Positions 59,708 to 64,000 of a stretch of DNA of 64,000 nucleotides are shown one piece after another. Origin of the DNA: Armatimonadetes bacterium 55-13. Lineage in GTDB: Bacteria; Armatimonadota; Fimbriimonadia; Fimbriimonadales; Fimbriimonadaceae. The translations under genes were made by a program, and so were the position numbers. Positions within the stretch are counted from its first letter, which is position 1. Every line of letters begins with the position of its first letter. The stretch is from contig MKRX01000027.1 in assembly GCA_001898035.1 (NCBI GenBank), forward strand, positions 25,001-89,000, written 5' to 3'. The notes below the pieces were generated by a model that saw only the letters and a list, made by a program, of their open reading frames with translations, was not told the origin of the DNA and searched no databases.

Positions 59708-60459
59708 TGATCGGCCTCGCCGTGGTTGCCGGCGTCGCACTCCAAGGCTGGAATCTGGTTTGGCAAGACGAGTTCAATGTAGATGGCCGACCCGATCCCG
59801 CCAAGTGGGGCTACGAAGTCGGATACATCCGAAACAACGAGCTTCAGTACTACACAGATAACCGCCCCGAAAATGTCCGGGTCGAAAATGGCAACCTTGT
59901 GATCGAGTGTCGGAAGGACAACTTCCAAGAAAAACCTATTACCTCCGGAAGCATCAACACCCTCGGCAAAGCGGGATGGACTTACGGTCGAATCGAGGTC
60001 CGCGCCAAAATTCCAACGGGTCTGGGCTCGTGGCCGGCTATCTGGATGATGGGCGTTGATCGCGCCAAACTCGGCTGGCCCCTCTGTGGCGAAATCGATA
60101 TCATGGAAAACGTTGGCTTCCAGCCAGATAACGTCTTCGCCACCGTCCATTTCCCCACCGGCGTCCGCCGCGAACATAAATCGATCGGCGGCAAAAAAGT
60201 TGCCAGTCGTCCCTACCACGACTTCCACATCTACGCCGTGGAATGGCTTCCCAATCGACTGGACTTCTTCTACGACGGAGAGAAATACTTCTCCTACGAG
60301 AACGACGGTCGTCATCTGGGCTGGCGCTTTAACAAAGAGTGCTACCTCCTCCTCAACCTCGCCTTTGGCGGTACCTGGGGGGCATCAAAAGGCGTGGATG
60401 AGAAGGTTCTTCCGCTCAAATACCTCGTGGATTACGTCCGGGTTTATCAACGAAGCTAA
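59707..60459 (+). CDS. Glycoside hydrolase family 16 (laminarinase-like beta-glucanase)
   Basis: GH16 catalytic motif E-I-D-I-M-E (GEIDIMEN). WPAIWMMG block. TAATG overlap with tpiA. Confidence 0.75.
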   Translation: MIGLAVVAGVALQGWNLVWQDEFNVDGRPDPAKWGYEVGYIRNNELQYYTDNRPENVRVENGNLVIECRKDNFQEKPITSGSINTLGKAGWTYGRIEVRAKIPTGLGSWPAIWMMGVDRAKLGWPLCGEIDIMENVGFQPDNVFATVHFPTGVRREHKSIGGKKVASRPYHDFHIYAVEWLPNRLDFFYDGEKYFSYENDGRHLGWRFNKECYLLLNLAFGGTWGASKGVDEKVLPLKYLVDYVRVYQRS

Positions 60460-61013
60460 TGTCAGACTCCAAACGAGCCTCCGCCAGTCGTGTCGAAATC
60501 GCGCAGATCATGCAGCCAAATGACGCCAACTTTCTCGGCAAAGTCTTCGGTGGCGCCGTCTTGGCCATGATTGACCTCTGCGCGTATGCCGCGTCCTCTA
60601 AGCACTCAGGGCGAGTCTGTGTAACCGCCAGCTTTGATCGAGTCGATTTCCACGAGCCCATCAACGTAGGCGAACTGGTTACGATGATCGGTCAAGTCAG
60701 TTTTGTCGGACGCACTAGCCTCGAAGTCACCATCGAGATATACGCCCAAAATCTCTTGACGAGCGATAAACGGCACACCAACACCGCGCAGGTGACCATG
60801 GTAGCCCTGGACGCTAACGGCAAGCCCGTTCCCGTCCCCCAGTTGATCCCTGAGACCAGAGAAGAGAAGCTGCGCTACTTACAGGGCAAACTTCGTCGAG
60901 AGCTTCGGAGCCTCCAACGGGCCGAATATGAAACCCAAGCTGCCGTCTTCGCCAGTGCTTCGGAAGAGGAGTTGGACCGTCTTTTGACTACCCCTACCCT
61001 CCTCACAAAATAA
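60459..61013 (+). CDS. Hotdog-fold acyl-CoA thioesterase (YciA-like)
   Basis: N-terminal MQPNDANFLGKVFGG…FDRVDFHEP pattern of YciA/acyl-CoA hydrolases. TAATG overlap with the upstream gene. Confidence 0.7.
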   Translation: MSDSKRASASRVEIAQIMQPNDANFLGKVFGGAVLAMIDLCAYAASSKHSGRVCVTASFDRVDFHEPINVGELVTMIGQVSFVGRTSLEVTIEIYAQNLLTSDKRHTNTAQVTMVALDANGKPVPVPQLIPETREEKLRYLQGKLRRELRSLQRAEYETQAAVFASASEEELDRLLTTPTLLTK

Positions 61014-61059
61014 AGATTGACCCCCGGCTCGGTACCGAGGGTCGTCTGCTCCTGAACGA

Positions 61060-61800
61060 TTAGTGATGCCGAATGACGATCGGCCTACGGCTAGGCTTTC
61101 GAACGAATCCCGATTGATCGAATACGGGAACGTTCAGGCGTTGCGCGTGCCACTGGTTGGCGGGAACATGCGCTTTGTTGCCTGCGGTTCCATAGAGGGC
61201 GAAGGCAAGGTTGGCGTTGGTGAACCCATTCAACGTAATGAAGTCGTCGCACGTCAAAATTCCGTCCAGAGGGGGTGGAGACGGAAAGACGTCCATGAAG
61301 AACCCATTCACTGAGCCTCCAACGGTCGGAGCGTGGTCGGCAATGCCGAATGTCATGTTCGTCGAAGAAGACCGAAACTCAATAAACCGAGAGTTCGGGC
61401 CCATGCTGCTTACAGGTGTGCTCAGCGTGGAACTGACAACAAACGCCGCCGGATAGGGACCGTCGGCGGGAGTAAACGTGAGAGAACCGGTTGCGCCTCC
61501 TTCCAGATTCGCAAAACAGTTCCCGTTGTAGCTAGACATGGTCAGGTCGTAGGTTCCCGCCGCGGTAACTACTACCACCACGTCGAAGCTGGAGATAGAC
61601 GCGGACGCAGGTCCAAGCGGATCGATGACAAAATCGGCGTCGTCTCCCATCAGAGTGATGTCGTAATCAATCGGCGAACTTGTTGAAGGGCCAAAGTAGC
61701 TGACCGAAGTGACGCCAGTTACGTTGTCGTAAATTTGGGCCGAAGCTTGTCCGGCGAAGAGTGACGAAATGGCGAAAGCCGACAATGCTAAATACTTCAT
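61060..61800 (-). CDS. Hypothetical secreted protein
   Basis: Signal peptide MKYLALSAFAISSLFAGQASA. Ser/Thr-rich. Confidence 0.45.
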   Translation of the reverse strand: MKYLALSAFAISSLFAGQASAQIYDNVTGVTSVSYFGPSTSSPIDYDITLMGDDADFVIDPLGPASASISSFDVVVVVTAAGTYDLTMSSYNGNCFANLEGGATGSLTFTPADGPYPAAFVVSSTLSTPVSSMGPNSRFIEFRSSSTNMTFGIADHAPTVGGSVNGFFMDVFPSPPPLDGILTCDDFITLNGFTNANLAFALYGTAGNKAHVPANQWHAQRLNVPVFDQSGFVRKPSRRPIVIRHH

Positions 61801-62076
61801 ATAACCTCCAGTGGTCAATGATCGGTAAATAAGTTACCTAAATAATAAATTACTCGATTAATGGAGCGCTGTCAAGTGTCATGGATGAGTTTTATATACA
61901 ACTATGTGCATTATTTGAAGTACTTAAATAGTTAATCGTGTAAGTGGCATCGACGATTTTGAAAGGCAAAAGAGCTCAGAGAGATAGAGTTGAATAAAGT
62001 ATCTAAAGCTTCTTTTTCGATCAGACAATTTCTACATTCCGACCCCATGAAGATTGAAATTGCCTTAAGATAAGCC

Positions 62077-62631
62077 ATGACTGGCACATGGGTTCGTGTC
62101 GCCATGGTGGGTTTGGCCGGAGTGATTGCCGCAGGGGCGGTTCGGTATGCAACGCGCGGGGCAAATGAGGATTATCGCAACTACGAGATTCTCTATGCCG
62201 TGCCCAAGGAATGGAAACTCCTCCCCCATAATCCCAGCACGCTGCTGCTCGCGCAGCACCCGAAGACCCAGGCGATCATTCGATGCTCGACAACCCAAAT
62301 CGTTGCATCGGCAAATCCAGAACCGGATGTAGACACAGAAGGCACGATCCGCAATGTGGTAAGGACCGCGCGAAGGAATCAGCCCGAATGGAAAACTGAT
62401 GAGCTTGAGAAACACCCGGCGCAGAACTTCGACTTTGGCATGTACCGGAAGGTGCAGCCAGGTCACACGATCGTCGGCGCGATGTGTGTAAAAGGAAATA
62501 CCACCCTGCTGGTCACGATCTCATCAAGAGGACCGGCGGCCATCACGGCCGCCGAGGGAGAACTGAATGAGTTTCTCGCCTTTCTCAACACGTTCGAGAT
62601 GCGAGAAACCCACAAGTGGGATACGCGTTAG
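62077..62631 (+). CDS. Hypothetical membrane-anchored/secreted protein
   Basis: N-terminal hydrophobic segment. No recognisable domain. Confidence 0.4.
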   Translation: MTGTWVRVAMVGLAGVIAAGAVRYATRGANEDYRNYEILYAVPKEWKLLPHNPSTLLLAQHPKTQAIIRCSTTQIVASANPEPDVDTEGTIRNVVRTARRNQPEWKTDELEKHPAQNFDFGMYRKVQPGHTIVGAMCVKGNTTLLVTISSRGPAAITAAEGELNEFLAFLNTFEMRETHKWDTR

Positions 62632-63494
62632 CCCTTGAGAGCTTCCGCACCGCCGACAACTTCCAGAATCTGGGTGGTAATGCCCGCCTGACGCTCCCGG
62701 TTTGCCTTGAGTGTCAAGGATTGAATCATCTTGCCCGCATTGTCCGTGGCGCTGGTCATCGCCGTCATTCGGGCGCCAAATTCTGATGCGGTGCCTTCCA
62801 AAAGAGACTGCCAAACCAAGGTCTGGAAGTAGCGGGGAAGAAGCGCATTCAGAACGGCTTCCGCGTTCGGCTCAAAACTGACTTCCGCGGGAACCATGCC
62901 ATCGGCATCGTCCTTGACTGGAGCTTCGATGGGTAAGAGCTGGACCAATTGGGGGATCTGCCGGATCGCCGAATAGAATTTGCTGTAGCAGACGAAGATC
63001 GCATCCGCCTCGCCGCTCTCGAAGGCCTGGCGGGTAACTCGGGTCGCTTCAATCGCGTTTTCAAGCGATGCACCTGCAGAGGGCATCGTTATGGAGTGAA
63101 TAATCTTGTATCCGCGCTTGCTGAAGAACTGATGTCCCTTCTTACCGATCGTGACCAACTCTACTTCAAATCCGGCTGCCTTGATAAAGTCCGCCGCCTT
63201 TCGAATGATCGAGGTGTTGTAGCCACCGGCCAACCCGCGCTCAGAAGTCACGACGACCAAAATCGCTTTATTGATCGTCTCGCGCTTTTCCATAAGCGGA
63301 TGAACGGGAAGCTCGCCCGCCTGGGAAAGGGAACCCATGAACTCCTTCAACTTGTCGGCGTAGGGCCGAGACTCAAGCACGCGGTCGGTGGCCTTCTTTA
63401 GGCGCGCCGCCGCTACCAGCTTCATCGCCTTGGTGATCTGCTGGATGTTCTTCGCGGTCTTAATGCGTTGACGGATCTGCTTAAGGGTTGCCAT
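62628..63494 (-). CDS. atpG: ATP synthase F1 gamma subunit
   Basis: MATLKQIRQRIKTAKNIQQITKAMKLVAAARL N-terminus. C-terminal ITTQILEVVGGAEAL. Confidence 0.9.
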   Translation of the reverse strand: MATLKQIRQRIKTAKNIQQITKAMKLVAAARLKKATDRVLESRPYADKLKEFMGSLSQAGELPVHPLMEKRETINKAILVVVTSERGLAGGYNTSIIRKAADFIKAAGFEVELVTIGKKGHQFFSKRGYKIIHSITMPSAGASLENAIEATRVTRQAFESGEADAIFVCYSKFYSAIRQIPQLVQLLPIEAPVKDDADGMVPAEVSFEPNAEAVLNALLPRYFQTLVWQSLLEGTASEFGARMTAMTSATDNAGKMIQSLTLKANRERQAGITTQILEVVGGAEALKG

Positions 63495-63555
63495 CTATAT
63501 GCGGATTCTTGTGTAGGTGGAGTTTCCGGGAATGTCCCGGAAACTCAAAGGGTTG

Positions 63556-64000
63556 TTACTTGCTGAACGTACCGGCGTATTCCTTGATTGCCTTGGAAAG
63601 CGTTTCCTCTGCATCTTTGGAGAGCGCCTTGCTGGTTCGAATGCCTTCGGCGACGTCCGGATACTTCTCGTGGACAAACTTCAAAAGGCCAGCCTCAAAT
63701 GGCTTGACTTGATCGTTCGCCAGATCGTCCAAAACGCCAGAACCACCGGCGAAGATCGCGATGATTTGGTCTTCTACTGCGTACGGAGTCGTTAGATCTT
63801 GCTTCAGAAGCTCCGTGAGTCGCTGACCGCGAATGAGCTGCATTTGCGTGGCCTTGTCGAGGTCAGAAGCGAACTGGCTGAAGGCCGCCACGTCTCGATA
63901 GTTGGCCATTTCCAGCTTCAACTTACCGGCAACTTGCTTCATTGCCTTGATCTGGGCGTTACCACCAACGCGGCTAACCGAGATACCAACGTTAATTGCC
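63556..64000 (-). CDS. atpA: ATP synthase F1 alpha subunit, C-terminal part; the gene continues beyond the window
   Basis: C-terminal alpha-subunit sequence …AAFSQFASDLDKATQMQLIRGQRLTELLKQ…. The frame is open to the window edge. Confidence 0.85.
   Translation of the reverse strand, partial: AINVGISVSRVGGNAQIKAMKQVAGKLKLEMANYRDVAAFSQFASDLDKATQMQLIRGQRLTELLKQDLTTPYAVEDQIIAIFAGGSGVLDDLANDQVKPFEAGLLKFVHEKYPDVAEGIRTSKALSKDAEETLSKAIKEYAGTFSK

Noticed and set aside
1-64000. CRISPR arrays, transposases, integrases, restriction-modification or toxin-antitoxin pairs
   Set aside because: No regularly spaced direct repeats, no DDE/tyrosine-recombinase-like ORFs, and no small overlapping TA-like gene pairs were seen. 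Short tandem motifs at 20287-20345 are irregular and not CRISPR-like.

Overview
High-GC (~58-60%) bacterial chromosomal segment. The abundant DUF1559 'prepilin-type N-terminal cleavage/methylation' proteins, a PEP-CTERM/HAF-repeat protein and a DUF1800 protein suggest an Armatimonadota-, Planctomycetota- or Verrucomicrobiota-like organism. The window mixes core housekeeping genes with accessory loci. Housekeeping: the C-terminal half of a split carB, tig-clpP-clpX, cysE-cysK, hisC, tpiA, atpA-atpG and a tRNA-Gln. Accessory: a glycan-degradation cluster (an SGNH esterase fused to an FAD oxidoreductase, a GH2 enzyme and a further glycosidase-like protein) next to an XRE-cupin regulator; two ABC-2 transporters; three DUF1559 pilin-like genes; a flotillin/PadR locus; a bacterial myo-inositol oxygenase; and a ChrA/Rrf2 pair. 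No CRISPR array, transposase, integrase or obvious defence system was recognised. Observations worth a second look: (1) carB is split, and only the second ATP-grasp/MGS half is present here; (2) a low-GC islet sits beside tRNA-Gln(CUG), followed by an orphan DnaB-C/RepA-like ATPase co-oriented with secreted beta-helix and hypothetical proteins; (3) a DUF1559 pilin-like gene is translationally coupled to a tiny, unannotated 'MRW...GCG' lipoprotein gene in two of three copies; (4) a recurring CCAATC/CGAATCGCC motif lies in two promoter regions, and a perfect 8-bp inverted repeat lies upstream of an ABC transporter; (5) the myo-inositol oxygenase is rare in bacteria. All functional calls rest on motif recognition in the translated ORFs, without database searches.
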